Source of the DNA: Aquirhabdus sp.
GTDB lineage: Bacteria > Pseudomonadota > Gammaproteobacteria > Pseudomonadales > Moraxellaceae
DNA length: 39,369 nucleotides
Direction: 5' to 3'
Assembly (NCBI GenBank): GCA_030151145.1
Contig: JASLEL010000374.1
Location: 1-39,369 of the forward strand
This document shows positions 20,203 to 31,159 of this stretch, one piece after another; positions within the stretch are counted from its first letter, which is position 1, and every line of letters starts with the position of its first letter. The position numbers and the translations under genes were made by a program. The notes under the pieces are model-generated. The model searched no databases, was not told where the DNA came from, and worked only from the letters and a program-made list of their open reading frames with translations.

Positions 20203-20480
20203 GGATGTCAATCTCAAAGGTCCGGCGACAGGATTTATCTCATCTCACTACAGCCCGCGCTGACCGCATCCGCGTCCTTCAGGGGAATCTGTTTATGAGT
20301 AAATAAACCGCTGTACGCAAATTCATATTCAATATAAGCATAAGATACCTGTATTGCATATGCTGTGCTGTAATCATTTATGGATTACTTAGCACTTTTA
20401 TTCATAATGAAATGCGTGATCAATGCAACTGTAGACCTCGGCGGACGTGATCGTCACACCCGCCGAGACTGTCTCTGTGC

Positions 20481-21554
20481 TTAGCCTGTGGTACCTGTGG
20501 CGCTACGATCCTCAAACACATGCAGATGTTTGGCACTGATCCAGACCTGCTGCTGCGGCTGTAGGTTGAGCAGCTTGAGCTCCTCAGGCTTCAGCGAGAT
20601 CTCCAGCACTTGCCCGCGTGGATCAGCGACTTCGACATGGGTGTGACCGGCGATCCAGACTTCGCGCAGCACGGTGGCTGGCAGTGCGTGGGCGCCTTGA
20701 GGCTGGGTCTGAATCGCAAGCTCATGTGGACGGGCAAAGGCAATGACATTGCCGGGCTGATAGGAGGCGGGCAAGGCCAGTTGCTGCTCTTGGATATGTA
20801 AGGCTTCGCCATGGATGCGACCTTCAAAGCGGTTGGCCTGACCGAGAAAGTCAAACACAAACGGCGAGGCGGGCTGCTCATAGACTTCGCGTGGGCTGCC
20901 AATCTGCTCGATGCGGCCCTGATTCATCACCACGATCTGATCGGCGACTTCGAGTGCCTCCTCCTGATCGTGGGTGACGAAGATCGAGGTGATATGCAGC
21001 TCGTCATGCAGGGTACGCAGCCAGCGGCGCAGCTCCTTGCGCACCTTGGCATCCAGCGCACCAAATGGCTCATCCAGTAGCAATACGCGCGGCTCGACCG
21101 CCAAAGCGCGCGCAAGTGCGATACGTTGGCGCTGACCGCCCGAGAGCTGGGCCGGGAAACGATTGGCGAGGAAGCCGAGCTGCACCAGATCCAGCAGTTG
21201 CGAGACGCGGCGCTTGATCTCGGTCTCATTGGGTCGGGTCTTGCGCGGGCGCACGCGCAGGCCGAAGGCGATGTTGTCAAATACGGTCATGTGACGAAAC
21301 AGCGCGTAGTGCTGAAAGACAAAGCCCACCTGACGCTGGCGCACATGGGTGGTGGTGGCGTCTTCGCCTTCGAGCAGGACCTGACCGTGGTCAGCGTTCT
21401 CCAAGCCCGCGATGATGCGCAAGAGGCTCGTCTTGCCGCAGCCGGAAGGTCCCAAAAGGGCGACCAGTTCGCCTTCGGGAAAGTCGAGGGTGATGTCTTT
21501 TAAGGCGTGGAAATCGCCGAAGAATTTATCAATGTTTTTAACTTGAATGCTCAT
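20481..21554 (-). CDS. cysA: Sulfate/thiosulfate ABC transporter ATPase
   Basis: [52 protein letters not shown]. Confidence 0.95.
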   Translation of the reverse strand: MSIQVKNIDKFFGDFHALKDITLDFPEGELVALLGPSGCGKTSLLRIIAGLENADHGQVLLEGEDATTTHVRQRQVGFVFQHYALFRHMTVFDNIAFGLRVRPRKTRPNETEIKRRVSQLLDLVQLGFLANRFPAQLSGGQRQRIALARALAVEPRVLLLDEPFGALDAKVRKELRRWLRTLHDELHITSIFVTHDQEEALEVADQIVVMNQGRIEQIGSPREVYEQPASPFVFDFLGQANRFEGRIHGEALHIQEQQLALPASYQPGNVIAFARPHELAIQTQPQGAHALPATVLREVWIAGHTHVEVADPRGQVLEISLKPEELKLLNLQPQQQVWISAKHLHVFEDRSATGTTG

Positions 21555-21615
21555 GCTATATAACCCTTCAAATGCGTGAAATCAGATATGTAAAATCAGT
21601 GGCCTGACTCAGGCG

Positions 21616-22497
21616 TTAATCTTTTTTGCTGGCGCGGCTGACACGGCCTTCGACCCAGGTCTTGATCACGAGGGTGATCAGGGCGAGGAAGGCGAGCAGG
21701 GATGCGGCCGCAAAGGCCCCGCTGAAGTTGTATTCGTTGTAGAGAATCTCGACTTGCAGTGGCAGGGTGGTGGTCTCGCCGCGCACATGACCTGACACCA
21801 CGGATACGGCACCAAACTCACCCATGGCGCGGGCATTACACAGGATCACGCCGTAGAGCAGACCCCACTTGATGTTGGGCAGGGTCACATGCCAGAAGGT
21901 CTGCCAGCCGCTGGCGCCCAGCACGATGGCGGCTTCCTCCTCCTCGCTGCCTTGCGCCTGCATGAGCGGGATCAGCTCGCGGGCGATAAAGGGAAAGGTC
22001 ACGAAAATGGTCGCCAAAATGATCCCCAGCGGCGTATAGATGACCTTAAAGTCGATATCGGAGAGCCAATTGCCGAGCCAGCCATGTGTGCCGAACACCA
22101 GTACCAGCATCAGACCCGCCACGACGGGCGAGACCGAAAACGGCAAGTCGATCAGCGTGATCAGAAAGGCTTTGCCACGAAACTGAAACTTGGCAATCGC
22201 CCATGCAGCAGCCACGCCAAACACGAGATTGAGCGGTACCGCCACGATGGCGGTGATCAGGGTCAGCTTGACCGCAAACAGCGTGTCGGGGTCGGCTAAG
22301 GATGTGACATAGGTGTCCCAGCCTTTTTTAAACGCTTCGGCAAACACCAGCGCCAGCGGCAGCAGCAGGCACGCGGCAAAAAACACCAGACTGATGGTCA
22401 GGATGGTGGCGCGCAGCCAGCCCGCTTCGCGGGTGGCGTCGCTTTTTTCTAGTCGGCGGGCCAGATCTTGGCCGGGAAGGGTGGTACTGATACTCAT
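21616..22497 (-). CDS. cysW: Sulfate ABC transporter permease
   Basis: DLPFSVSPVVAG; EEEAA..LGASGWQ; ARAMGEFGAVSVVSG. Confidence 0.95.
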   Translation of the reverse strand: MSISTTLPGQDLARRLEKSDATREAGWLRATILTISLVFFAACLLLPLALVFAEAFKKGWDTYVTSLADPDTLFAVKLTLITAIVAVPLNLVFGVAAAWAIAKFQFRGKAFLITLIDLPFSVSPVVAGLMLVLVFGTHGWLGNWLSDIDFKVIYTPLGIILATIFVTFPFIARELIPLMQAQGSEEEEAAIVLGASGWQTFWHVTLPNIKWGLLYGVILCNARAMGEFGAVSVVSGHVRGETTTLPLQVEILYNEYNFSGAFAAASLLAFLALITLVIKTWVEGRVSRASKKD

Positions 22498-22577
22498 GGC
22501 AGCTACTCAGAAAAACGATGATTCAGCAAAGAAGTCATTCAGCAAAATTCGAGAATACGTGTGTCATGGGTCAGCTC

Positions 22578-23408
22578 TTAGTGCGCGACCCGACCGGTTT
22601 TTTTGGTGGCCCAGTTCTGCAGCAGATTGATCAGAAAGAGCAGCACAAAGGAGATGATCAGCATGATGGCAGCGATCACCGTGGCACCGACATAGTCGTA
22701 TTCCTCAAGGCGCGATACGATCAAGAGCGGCGTGATCTCGGTCTTAAACGGAATATTGCCCGCGATGAAGATCACCGAGCCGTATTCACCGACCGCACGC
22801 GCAAAGGCCAGCGCAAAGCCGGTCAGCAGTGCCGGAAACAGCACGGGCAGGATCACGCGCCAGATGGTCTGCCAGCGGCTTGCGCCCAAGGCACTGGCGG
22901 CTTCCTCCAGCTCCACCTCAAGGTCCGCCAGCACCGGCTGCACCGTGCGCACCACAAAAGGCAGACCGATAAAGATCAGCGCCAACGTCACCCCGATGCG
23001 GGTATAGGCGATCTTGATGTCATAGTGGTCAAACCACTGACCGATCCAGCCATTGCTGGCGTACAGTGTGGTGAGGGCAATACCGGCGACGGCGGTTGGC
23101 AGCGCGAAAGGCAGGTCGATCAGCGCATCGACGATGCGTTTGCCCGGAAAAGAGTAGCGCACCAGTGACCATGCCAGCAGCAGGCCGAACACGACATTCA
23201 CCAGTGCTGCAAACAAGGACGCACCAAAGCTCAGTAGAAAGGAATCCTGAATGCGCTGGGAATGCAGAATTGCCAGCAGATCGGCGCTGGAGATCCCAGC
23301 AGCTTTAATAAAGACCGCTGATAGCGGAATCAGGACCACCAAAGACAGATAAACAATGGTAAAGCCTAGGGATAGACCGAATCCCGGTAATACACGTGCG
23401 CGGCTCAT
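22578..23408 (-). CDS. cysT: Sulfate ABC transporter permease
   Basis: VLPGFGLSLG; DLPFALPTAVAG; FARAVGEYGSVIFIAGN. Confidence 0.95.
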   Translation of the reverse strand: MSRARVLPGFGLSLGFTIVYLSLVVLIPLSAVFIKAAGISSADLLAILHSQRIQDSFLLSFGASLFAALVNVVFGLLLAWSLVRYSFPGKRIVDALIDLPFALPTAVAGIALTTLYASNGWIGQWFDHYDIKIAYTRIGVTLALIFIGLPFVVRTVQPVLADLEVELEEAASALGASRWQTIWRVILPVLFPALLTGFALAFARAVGEYGSVIFIAGNIPFKTEITPLLIVSRLEEYDYVGATVIAAIMLIISFVLLFLINLLQNWATKKTGRVAH

Positions 23409-24271
23409 GACACCCCTCGTTGCTTGATATGTTGTTGTTTAAATCGTTCTAATAGTGAATGCTGATCCGCCTCGATGAAGGCGGGTGTATTGGCGGCTGG
23501 CTGCCCCGAGGTTGACTGATTAGACTGTGGATAAGCCTCGTGCAGCAGCCCTTCGATGGTGGCGGAGGCCGCCGCCGGTATCGCGGTGTGCGGCGCCGTA
23601 TCGGGCGCGGCATGTGCGCCTGCTTTGGCCGCGGGCTTAGGCGCAACGCCATGGCGGACTGCAAGCTGGCGTACCGCGAGTGAGCTGCGCTGCAAGGCAT
23701 GGATCTCTGAGATCACTTGCGGCCATGCACCAAAGCCCGACGCGACATTGATATGCCCGACATCGCCCAGATCGATGAGCTTGGCCCCCCAGCGCGTGGC
23801 CCAGAACGACGCATCTTCAAACGACAGCCATGGATCGGTACGGCTTGCGATCAGACGGATCGGCAGGCCCAGAGGCGCACGTGGCAGGATGCGGCTTAAG
23901 AGCGCCGGTGGATGAGCACCGCCTATTTCCGTCTCGGCAACTGTGCCACGCACGCCGGGGGCAAAGCCTTTGAGGGTAAAGCGCTCCGGTGATGCGGGTG
24001 CAACGAGCAAGACACCAGCGACTTTATTGGCGAGCACGCGACTAAACAGCGCCGACATGGTGACGAGACAGCCAAAGCTGTGCGCGACGATCCAGACCGG
24101 CTCCTCGGCATCCAGCAGTGCCTGATCCAGTGGCTGGCGCCATGTGTGTAGCACAGGCTGATCCCAATGTGTCTGCTCAATACGGCGGGTATCGGGCAGT
24201 TGGGTCTCAAGCCAGCTTTGCCAGTGGGTCGGCTCACTGCCGCCTACGCCGGGCACAATCAGAATCGTCAT
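23405..24271 (-). CDS. RBBP9/YdeN-family alpha/beta hydrolase with a C-terminal extension
   Basis: IVPGVGGS..HWQ; VAHSFGC nucleophile; SRTDPW; GHIN; ATGA-coupled to cysT. Confidence 0.85.
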   Translation of the reverse strand: MTILIVPGVGGSEPTHWQSWLETQLPDTRRIEQTHWDQPVLHTWRQPLDQALLDAEEPVWIVAHSFGCLVTMSALFSRVLANKVAGVLLVAPASPERFTLKGFAPGVRGTVAETEIGGAHPPALLSRILPRAPLGLPIRLIASRTDPWLSFEDASFWATRWGAKLIDLGDVGHINVASGFGAWPQVISEIHALQRSSLAVRQLAVRHGVAPKPAAKAGAHAAPDTAPHTAIPAAASATIEGLLHEAYPQSNQSTSGQPAANTPAFIEADQHSLLERFKQQHIKQRGVS

Positions 24272-24473
24272 GTCGGTGGCCTCGCATTCATCTTTGGCGA
24301 TGGCTTTATCGGCGTCAGGTTGCCAGTAAAAAAGCCAGTGTATTTAAGGTAAAAAAAGGTTTAACCGGACGAAGTGTTAAACCTTATAAGCAGGGAACGC
24401 TTTAACATCATCACGCTCAATCACCGTCATGGACTGACATCACGGTGATCTGCGCAAGATCTTGGGTCATGCC

Positions 24474-25493
24474 TTATTTGGCACCATTGGCTGCCACGAT
24501 CTGGTCAAAGACACCGCCATCGGCAAAGTGGACTTTCTGTGCCTGAGCCCAGCCGCCAAATTGCTGATTGATGGTAAACAGCTTGACCGGGGCAAAGGTG
24601 CTGGCATAGTGCGCAGCGACGGCTTTGTCACGTGGACGGTAAAAGTTCTTGGCGGCGATTTCCTGACCGACCGGGGTGTACAGGTAGTTCAGATAAGCGG
24701 TCGCAAGGGCGCGAGTCCCGTGTTTGTCGACGTTCTTGTCCACGACAGCGACCGGTGGCTCAGCCAGAATCGACTTGCTCGGGGTGATGATCTGGAATTT
24801 ATCACCGGCCTCACGTACGGCGAGGTAGGCTTCGTTTTCCCAAGCGATCAGCACGTCACCCTGTCCACGCTCGACGAAGGTCGTGGTGGCACCGCGAGAG
24901 CCCGAATCCAGCACTTTGGTGTGTGCGTAGATCTGCTGCACGAAGTTGCGGGCGCTGGTCTCGCTACCGCCGGGCAGTTGCTTGGCCCAGCCCCATGCCG
25001 CCAGATAGTTCCAGCGTGCGCCGCCCGAGGTCTTCGGATTTGGCGTCACGATTTCAACACCGGGTTTGACCAGGTCCGCCCAGTCATGGATGTTCTTGGG
25101 ATTGCCTTTACGCACGAGGAAGACGATGGTCGAGGTATAAGGCGTCGAGTTGTCCGGCAGACGGGCTTGCCAGTTCTTGGGCAGCAGGTTGCCTTTATCG
25201 GCGATTTCGTCGATGTCATAGGCCAGCGCCAGAGTCACCACGTCGGCATCCAGACCGTCGATCACGGCACGCGCCTGCTTGCCGGAGCCGCCATGGGACT
25301 GCTTGATGGTGACGGTCTGATGGGTCTTGTCCTGCCAGTATTTGACAAAGGAGGCATTGAACGCATCGTACAGCTCACGGGTTGGATCGTAAGAGACGTT
25401 CAGAAGTTCATTGGGACCGGCAGCATGCGCGGCTGCGCCGACAGCCAGACTGACGGCCAGAAGGCCTAAACGAAACTGATGACGAATCGACAT
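24474..25493 (-). CDS. sbp: Periplasmic sulfate-binding protein
   Basis: Signal peptide (AHA); [35 protein letters not shown]. Confidence 0.95.
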   Translation of the reverse strand: MSIRHQFRLGLLAVSLAVGAAAHAAGPNELLNVSYDPTRELYDAFNASFVKYWQDKTHQTVTIKQSHGGSGKQARAVIDGLDADVVTLALAYDIDEIADKGNLLPKNWQARLPDNSTPYTSTIVFLVRKGNPKNIHDWADLVKPGVEIVTPNPKTSGGARWNYLAAWGWAKQLPGGSETSARNFVQQIYAHTKVLDSGSRGATTTFVERGQGDVLIAWENEAYLAVREAGDKFQIITPSKSILAEPPVAVVDKNVDKHGTRALATAYLNYLYTPVGQEIAAKNFYRPRDKAVAAHYASTFAPVKLFTINQQFGGWAQAQKVHFADGGVFDQIVAANGAK

Positions 25494-25661
25494 GGTGGTA
25501 ACCCCCTCATTCAAGAAAAAGACAACTAAAATTCACAATGTCTGCGTATGGTAGAGCGTTGTTATATGCAAACAAACGATTTAAAAATTGATTACTTATA
25601 CGTAAAAAAGATATATGCATTCACGCTAAAGGGCCAAAGCCGATGGCTGGCATAAAATAAA

Positions 25662-25697
25662 TTCCGCCAAGTAAAGCGCCTGACTTATAATGCGCGG
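25662..25697 (+). promoter_or_regulatory. Candidate rlmD promoter
   Basis: TATAAT at 25686-25691 followed by a GCGCGG discriminator; poor -35. Confidence 0.45.
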
Positions 25698-25895
25698 TTA
25701 ATCAAGCGGCGATCGGGTCGTGTCTGGCAGGGTGGTTGTATCGCGGTCGCTGATGGCTGTGTTGATGCCCTGTCGTCATGTCCCTGCCCTGATGTTCTCC
25801 ATGTCTGGATCACGATTGTGGAGACGAGCCGCTTGTTGCTGAGTTTGCTTTTTTTTAAGCCCGCTTTATTTGAGTCTGCTTTTTTTGAGAATGCT

Positions 25896-27296
25896 ATGAG
25901 ACGTACCCAGCGCGACCGCCTGCGCGCACAACCTGACCTGACGTTTAACGTCGAAAGCCTGTCCCATGAAGGTCGGGGAATCAGCCACTATGGCGCTGCC
26001 CCGACGGATCGTCAGGAAGGCCATCCGGCGGATAAGCTGGGTAAGAAAGTCTTTATCTCCTTCGCCCTGCCGGGTGAGACGGTGACGGCCAAAGTCTATT
26101 ACGGGCACAAGAAATACGAAGAAGCCGACGCGCTGACCATCGAAAATCCTTCCCCGGACCGTGTCACGCCGATTTGTCCGCATTTTGAGCTGTGCGGCGG
26201 CTGCAGCCTGCAGCACTGGTCGCCGGATGCGCAAGTTGCCTTTAAACAAAGCGTGCTGCGCGATCATTTCCAACACTTTGGCGGGCTTGAACCCAAGACT
26301 TGGCTGCCGCCGCTGCGTTCGACGCAGAGCGACTACCGACGTAAGGCGCGCCTTGGTGTGCGCTATGTGATCAAGAAAGAAGCCATGCTGGTGGGCTTTC
26401 GTGAGCGCAAGAGCAACTTTCTCGCGGAGCTGTCGACCTGCCGCGTACTGGATGCGCAAATCGGTGAACGGATTGAGGATTTAAAGACGGTCCTCGGCGG
26501 TCTTGCCGGACGTGAGAGTATTGCCCAACTGGAAATGGCAGTGGGCGATGCGCATGAAGATGGCAGCGTGGCGATGATCGTGCGTCATCTCAAGCCGCTG
26601 ATTGAGAGCGACGTGGCGACGCTTTTGAGCTTTGCCCGTGGACTTGGCTGGCAGTTGTACCTGCAGCCCGGTGGCTATGAGACGGTGCATCGCATCGATA
26701 AGCCCGATGGCGCAATGCGGCTGCATTATGAGCTGCCGGATTTTGGTGTGAAATTTGCATTTTCGCCCCTTGATTTTACGCAGGTCAATCGCGATATCAA
26801 TCGCCAGATGGTGACCTTGGCGTGCGATTTGCTTGATCTTAAGGCTGGTGAGCGGGTACTGGATCTGTTTTGCGGCTTGGGCAACTTCTCGTTGCCACTG
26901 GCGAAGCGGGTTGGACCGACTGGTCAGGTGATTGCGGTCGAGGGCAGTGCCGAGATGGTCGAGCGCGGTGGTGAAAATGCCGCATCGAATGGCCTCGCCA
27001 ATGTGCAGTTTTATGCACAGGATCTGACCAAAGATTTTTCGCACCAGCCATGGGCATCGAGCGGTTTTGATGCGCTGTTGATTGATCCGCCGCGTACCGG
27101 GGCTGAAGAGGTGATGCATTATTTGCCCCGCTTTAAGGCGTCGCGAATTGTTTATGTCTCGTGTAATCCGGCCACGCTGGCACGCGATGCGGGTATACTG
27201 ATTGCTGCCGGATATGAGATGCGCTCGGCAGGTGTGATGGATATGTTTACCCATACCAGTCACGTCGAGTCGATTGCGCTGTTTGTCAAAGTGTAA
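25896..27296 (+). CDS. rlmD: 23S rRNA m5U1939 methyltransferase
   Basis: TRAM domain; CPHFELCGGC 4Fe-4S motif; FTQVN; LDLFCGLGNF; DPPR; YVSCNP; lies upstream of relA. Confidence 0.95.
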   Translation: MRRTQRDRLRAQPDLTFNVESLSHEGRGISHYGAAPTDRQEGHPADKLGKKVFISFALPGETVTAKVYYGHKKYEEADALTIENPSPDRVTPICPHFELCGGCSLQHWSPDAQVAFKQSVLRDHFQHFGGLEPKTWLPPLRSTQSDYRRKARLGVRYVIKKEAMLVGFRERKSNFLAELSTCRVLDAQIGERIEDLKTVLGGLAGRESIAQLEMAVGDAHEDGSVAMIVRHLKPLIESDVATLLSFARGLGWQLYLQPGGYETVHRIDKPDGAMRLHYELPDFGVKFAFSPLDFTQVNRDINRQMVTLACDLLDLKAGERVLDLFCGLGNFSLPLAKRVGPTGQVIAVEGSAEMVERGGENAASNGLANVQFYAQDLTKDFSHQPWASSGFDALLIDPPRTGAEEVMHYLPRFKASRIVYVSCNPATLARDAGILIAAGYEMRSAGVMDMFTHTSHVESIALFVKV

Positions 27297-27497
27297 TGTC
27301 AACTGGTAGATATTACATATCTATGTAGCTGAAAATGTAAATAAAATTCAGCTGCATCATGATATGATCCTGCCCGTCTGATGGATATGTGATGCACCCG
27401 TCCAAGGGAAGTTGGGGGGCGTGTGTTCAGGCCTGTGATCTTGGGCTTGAGGTTGGCGTAGGCCAGTGTGAGTCGCACGCGTTGGCAAGGGGTTGAG

Positions 27498-29867
27498 ATG
27501 GTCAAAATACGCGAAGATTTGCCACGAAGAATGGATGACGCTGCACTGGTCGCTGGTGCGGTGCATCAGATCCATGAAGATGCCGATGTCGATCTGGATA
27601 GCTGGCTGGATCGACTGTCCAGACAGCTCTCACCAGAGTCCGTTGCCCAGATGCGCAAGGCCTGCGAGTTGCTTGCCGAGCGCTCAACCATCGCGGACCC
27701 CACCCGTTTTGAACAACGCTCCAATGCCTATCAGGCCGGTGTCGGGATGGCTGACATCCTCTTGCACCTGCGCGTCGACGACGAGACGCTGGTCGCGGCA
27801 GTGCTGTTCCGGGGTGTGCGTCAGAAGCTGCTGTCGATTGAAGAGGTTGGCAAATACTTTGGCCCGGACATTCAGGCCCTGATCAAAAGCGCCCTCGATA
27901 TGGGTCGTCTCTCCGAGCTGATCGAGCAGAACCGCCGTCTCGAAGATCATTTTGAAAACAACCAGCGTGAGCACCTGTCAGGCATCTACAAGATGCTGAT
28001 TTCGGTGACCGAAGACGTGCGCGTGGTCTTGATCAAGCTGGCTGAGCGGACCTTTGCTGTACGCGAACTGTCGCATGCCTCGCGTGAGCGTCAGGAGCGT
28101 GTGGCCCGCGAAATTCTCACCATCTATTCGCCGCTGGCGCACCGCCTCGGGATCGCCCAGCTCAAGTGGGAGCTGGAAGATCTGGCGTTCCGCTATCTGT
28201 CGCCTGAGCGCTACAAAGAAATCGCCACGCTCTTGAGCGAAAAACGTCTGGAGCGTGAGCAATACATACAGGCCATGACGCAGAAGCTGCGCGACGCCCT
28301 GCATATGCAAGGCATCAAGGCCGAAGTCACGGGTCGCGTCAAGCATATCTACTCCATCTATCGCAAGATGAAGAGCAAGCAGCTCAGCTTTGATCAGCTG
28401 TATGACATCCGCGCCCTGCGCGTGCTGGTGGATAATATCCCGGACTGCTACCACGCCTTGGGTGTGGCGCACCAGATGTGGCGGCATATCCCGGATCAGT
28501 TCGACGACTACATCACCAATCCCAAAGCCAATGGCTACCGGTCGCTGCATACTGCGGTGCTGGCTGAAAACAAGTCGCTAGAGGTGCAGATCCGCACACA
28601 GGAAATGCACAGCGAAGCTGAACTGGGCGTGTGTGCGCACTTCAATTACAAAGAAGGCACCCATAAAGAAGGCGGAAAGTCTAACCGCGATGTGAACTTC
28701 AATCACAAGCTGCACTCTCTGCGCAGCGTGCTGGAACATTATCAGGACAACAAAAGCCGGGGCCTGCGCGTCGGTAAAGCCGATAAGGCCTCGGATCTGG
28801 AGGGCATGGACGAAGACGAAATCGTTCCGCTCAACGACTGGGGCGAGTTTGAGAAGATCTATGTCTTCAGCCGCGATGGAGACATCAAAGAGCTACCCAA
28901 AGACGCGACCGTACTCGACTTCGCTTACCATGTGCATACACAGGTCGGTAACCATTGCTACGCTGCGCGCGTCAATCAGCGCTTCGTGCCCCTGACCTAC
29001 AAGCTGAAAACCGGCGAACAGGTCGAGATCCTAACCAAGAAAGACCGCGATCCAAGCCGCGACTGGCTGGTCAGCTCGCTGGGCTACCTGAAGACCACCC
29101 ATGCGCGGGATAAACTGCGCTACTGGTTCCGCCAGCAGGACCGCAGCAAGAACCTCGAGATCGGTCGCGAGACGCTGGCTAAAGAGCTGTCGCGTCTGGC
29201 GATCCATCCCAAGAGCATTGATCTTGCTGACTATGCCAAGACCTTTAATGTCAAAAGCGGTGATGACATCCTGATCGGGCTGGTGACCGGCGATATCGGC
29301 TTGCATCAGCTGATGAACCAGATCAACAAGCAGATGCAGCCGGACGATGAACTGCCTGAGCTGGTACTCAAGCCCGCCATCAATCCGCGTGCCAGCCGCA
29401 CGCTGTCGCAGCATGGCATCCTGATCGATGGTCTGGATAATGTCGAGCTGCATCTGGCACAGTGCTGTCAGCCGGTGCATGGTGAGGCCATCGCAGGCTA
29501 TATCACCCAGCATCGTGGCGTCAGTATCCATAATTTGCACTGCCCCGAATATGCCCGTCTGATTCAGCAGGACCCCGGACGTGCAGTCGAAGCTGGCTGG
29601 GAAATGCAGCCGACTCAGGGCCAGATCGTGCAGATCGCGATTGAAGCCTATGACCGTCGTGGGTTGCTTAAGGATCTGACCTCGGTCATCTTCTCCGACC
29701 AGATCAATATCCAGCAGGTGAATACCATCACCGAGAGCAATGGCATGGCCAATATGAAATTCCAGATTGAGGTCAAGGGGCTGGCGCAGCTGTCGCGGCT
29801 CTTGGCACGTCTTGAGCAGCAGCCGGGTATCATGAGTGCGCGCCGTCTCGTGGTCGGGATGAAATGA
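27498..29867 (+). CDS. relA: (p)ppGpp synthetase RelA
   Basis: Degenerate HD domain; PLAHRLG; FDDYITNPKANGYRSLHT; TGS domain (DFAYHVHT); CC zinc-finger; ACT domain (DRRGLL). Confidence 0.96.
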   Translation: MVKIREDLPRRMDDAALVAGAVHQIHEDADVDLDSWLDRLSRQLSPESVAQMRKACELLAERSTIADPTRFEQRSNAYQAGVGMADILLHLRVDDETLVAAVLFRGVRQKLLSIEEVGKYFGPDIQALIKSALDMGRLSELIEQNRRLEDHFENNQREHLSGIYKMLISVTEDVRVVLIKLAERTFAVRELSHASRERQERVAREILTIYSPLAHRLGIAQLKWELEDLAFRYLSPERYKEIATLLSEKRLEREQYIQAMTQKLRDALHMQGIKAEVTGRVKHIYSIYRKMKSKQLSFDQLYDIRALRVLVDNIPDCYHALGVAHQMWRHIPDQFDDYITNPKANGYRSLHTAVLAENKSLEVQIRTQEMHSEAELGVCAHFNYKEGTHKEGGKSNRDVNFNHKLHSLRSVLEHYQDNKSRGLRVGKADKASDLEGMDEDEIVPLNDWGEFEKIYVFSRDGDIKELPKDATVLDFAYHVHTQVGNHCYAARVNQRFVPLTYKLKTGEQVEILTKKDRDPSRDWLVSSLGYLKTTHARDKLRYWFRQQDRSKNLEIGRETLAKELSRLAIHPKSIDLADYAKTFNVKSGDDILIGLVTGDIGLHQLMNQINKQMQPDDELPELVLKPAINPRASRTLSQHGILIDGLDNVELHLAQCCQPVHGEAIAGYITQHRGVSIHNLHCPEYARLIQQDPGRAVEAGWEMQPTQGQIVQIAIEAYDRRGLLKDLTSVIFSDQINIQQVNTITESNGMANMKFQIEVKGLAQLSRLLARLEQQPGIMSARRLVVGMK

Positions 29868-30003
29868 GCCTGCGGGCGCTGTTTTGTTGAGTCCGAGATG
29901 GACCAGATGGTTTTATCTGAAAAAGGTTGCCGAGAACGTCGGCATCCGCTAAGGTAGTTAAAATTTAGGCAGTATTCAGCTGCCGCAGATGAGTTGAATT
30001 GCA

Positions 30004-30531
30004 ATGAAATGGCAGGATGTCGGGGAGCTTCCCTGTTCGGTGGCGCGCAGTCTTTCGGTCGTCGGTGATCGCTGGACTGGGCTGATCTTGCGTAATGCAT
30101 TTCTATCGGTGCGTCGCTTTGAGGATTTTCAGTCGATCCTCGGGATTCCACGCCACATCCTCTCGGTCCGCCTCAAAAAACTGGTCGAAGCCGAAGTCTT
30201 AAAAAAAGTGCCCTATCAGGAAGCGCCGGTGCGCTATGAGTATCGCCTGACCAATAAAGGCCGCGATCTGTATCCGGTGATTCTGGCGCTGGCGGCATGG
30301 GGCGACAAGTGGCTGGATGGTGGTCTGGGCAAGCCCCTGATCTATGTGCACAAGACCTGCGGCAATGCCTTTACCCCGATTACGATCTGTTCGGAATGCC
30401 GAGAGCCGATCAATCCGCGTGAGGTTGAAGCGCATGCGGGCCCAGGTCTGCAGGCGCACTATGATCTACAGCAGGACCTGCAGGCAGTGCAGGATCTTCC
30501 TGTCGCGCCGCAGTTGGATGAGGCTGGATAA
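30004..30531 (+). CDS. HxlR-family winged-helix regulator
   Basis: CSVARSLSVVGDRWTGLILR; RYEYRLTNKGRDL; C-terminal HxxC/CxxC. Confidence 0.88.
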   Translation: MKWQDVGELPCSVARSLSVVGDRWTGLILRNAFLSVRRFEDFQSILGIPRHILSVRLKKLVEAEVLKKVPYQEAPVRYEYRLTNKGRDLYPVILALAAWGDKWLDGGLGKPLIYVHKTCGNAFTPITICSECREPINPREVEAHAGPGLQAHYDLQQDLQAVQDLPVAPQLDEAG

Positions 30532-30622
30532 AAGGGCTGGCGTAGTATCTCGATGCAGGCCGGCAGAAGCGGGTTTTGCAGTAGAAATGGAACAGGGTGA
30601 CTCGCGGTTCCATTTTTTAAAC

Positions 30623-30652
30623 TTGTATTAGTTCAAAAATAGAACTTATAAT
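30623..30652 (+). promoter_or_regulatory. sigma70 promoter with a palindromic operator (likely for the HxlR regulator)
   Basis: TTGTAT-18 nt-TATAAT; AGTTC-N7-GAACT inverted repeat (30630-30646) fills the spacer. Confidence 0.65.
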
Positions 30653-30727
30653 CGGTCACATGATATTTGACTGCGTGTCAGGGGCTGCTGGACCTGACGC
30701 GCTACCTTGAGATTGCTGGAGCGGGAC

Positions 30728-31159
30728 ATGAATTTGAAAGAGATGACGGGTTTACAACTGATGCAGGCCGTGGCACAGGGTTTGCTCCCCAAGCCTAATA
30801 TCGCCAAGACCATGCCGATGGAGCTGGATGTGATCGAAGATGGCCGTGTCGTCTTTATCGCGACGGCGAATAGTTCGCATACGAATCCTTTGGGTGGCGT
30901 ACATGGCGGCTTTGCGGCGACAGTACTGGACTCGGTGACGGGCTGCGCGTCACATACCAAGCTGGCAGCAGGTGAGGGCTATGGCACCATTGAGCTGAAC
31001 GTGAAGATGTGCCGTCCGCTTCCGTTTGATCAAGCCCTCCGCGCCGAAGGCCGTGTGATCAATGTCAGCCGCAATCTGATCATCAGTGAGGGCGACATCC
31101 GTGATGACGCAGGCAATCTGTATGCCTTTGCCACCGCGACCTGCATGATTATTCGATAA
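30728..31159 (+). CDS. PaaI-family hotdog thioesterase
   Basis: NPLGGVHGGFAATVLDS..GCA; TIELNV; ATATC. Confidence 0.9.
   Translation: MNLKEMTGLQLMQAVAQGLLPKPNIAKTMPMELDVIEDGRVVFIATANSSHTNPLGGVHGGFAATVLDSVTGCASHTKLAAGEGYGTIELNVKMCRPLPFDQALRAEGRVINVSRNLIISEGDIRDDAGNLYAFATATCMIIR

Noticed and set aside
20438..20468. GC hairpins after cysA and sbp (also about 24420-24449) as a REP family
   Set aside because: They share no sequence with each other; most likely ordinary 3' stabilising or terminating stems.
27760..27830. Degenerate HD hydrolase motif in the RelA/SpoT homolog
   Set aside because: Normal for synthetase-only RelA.
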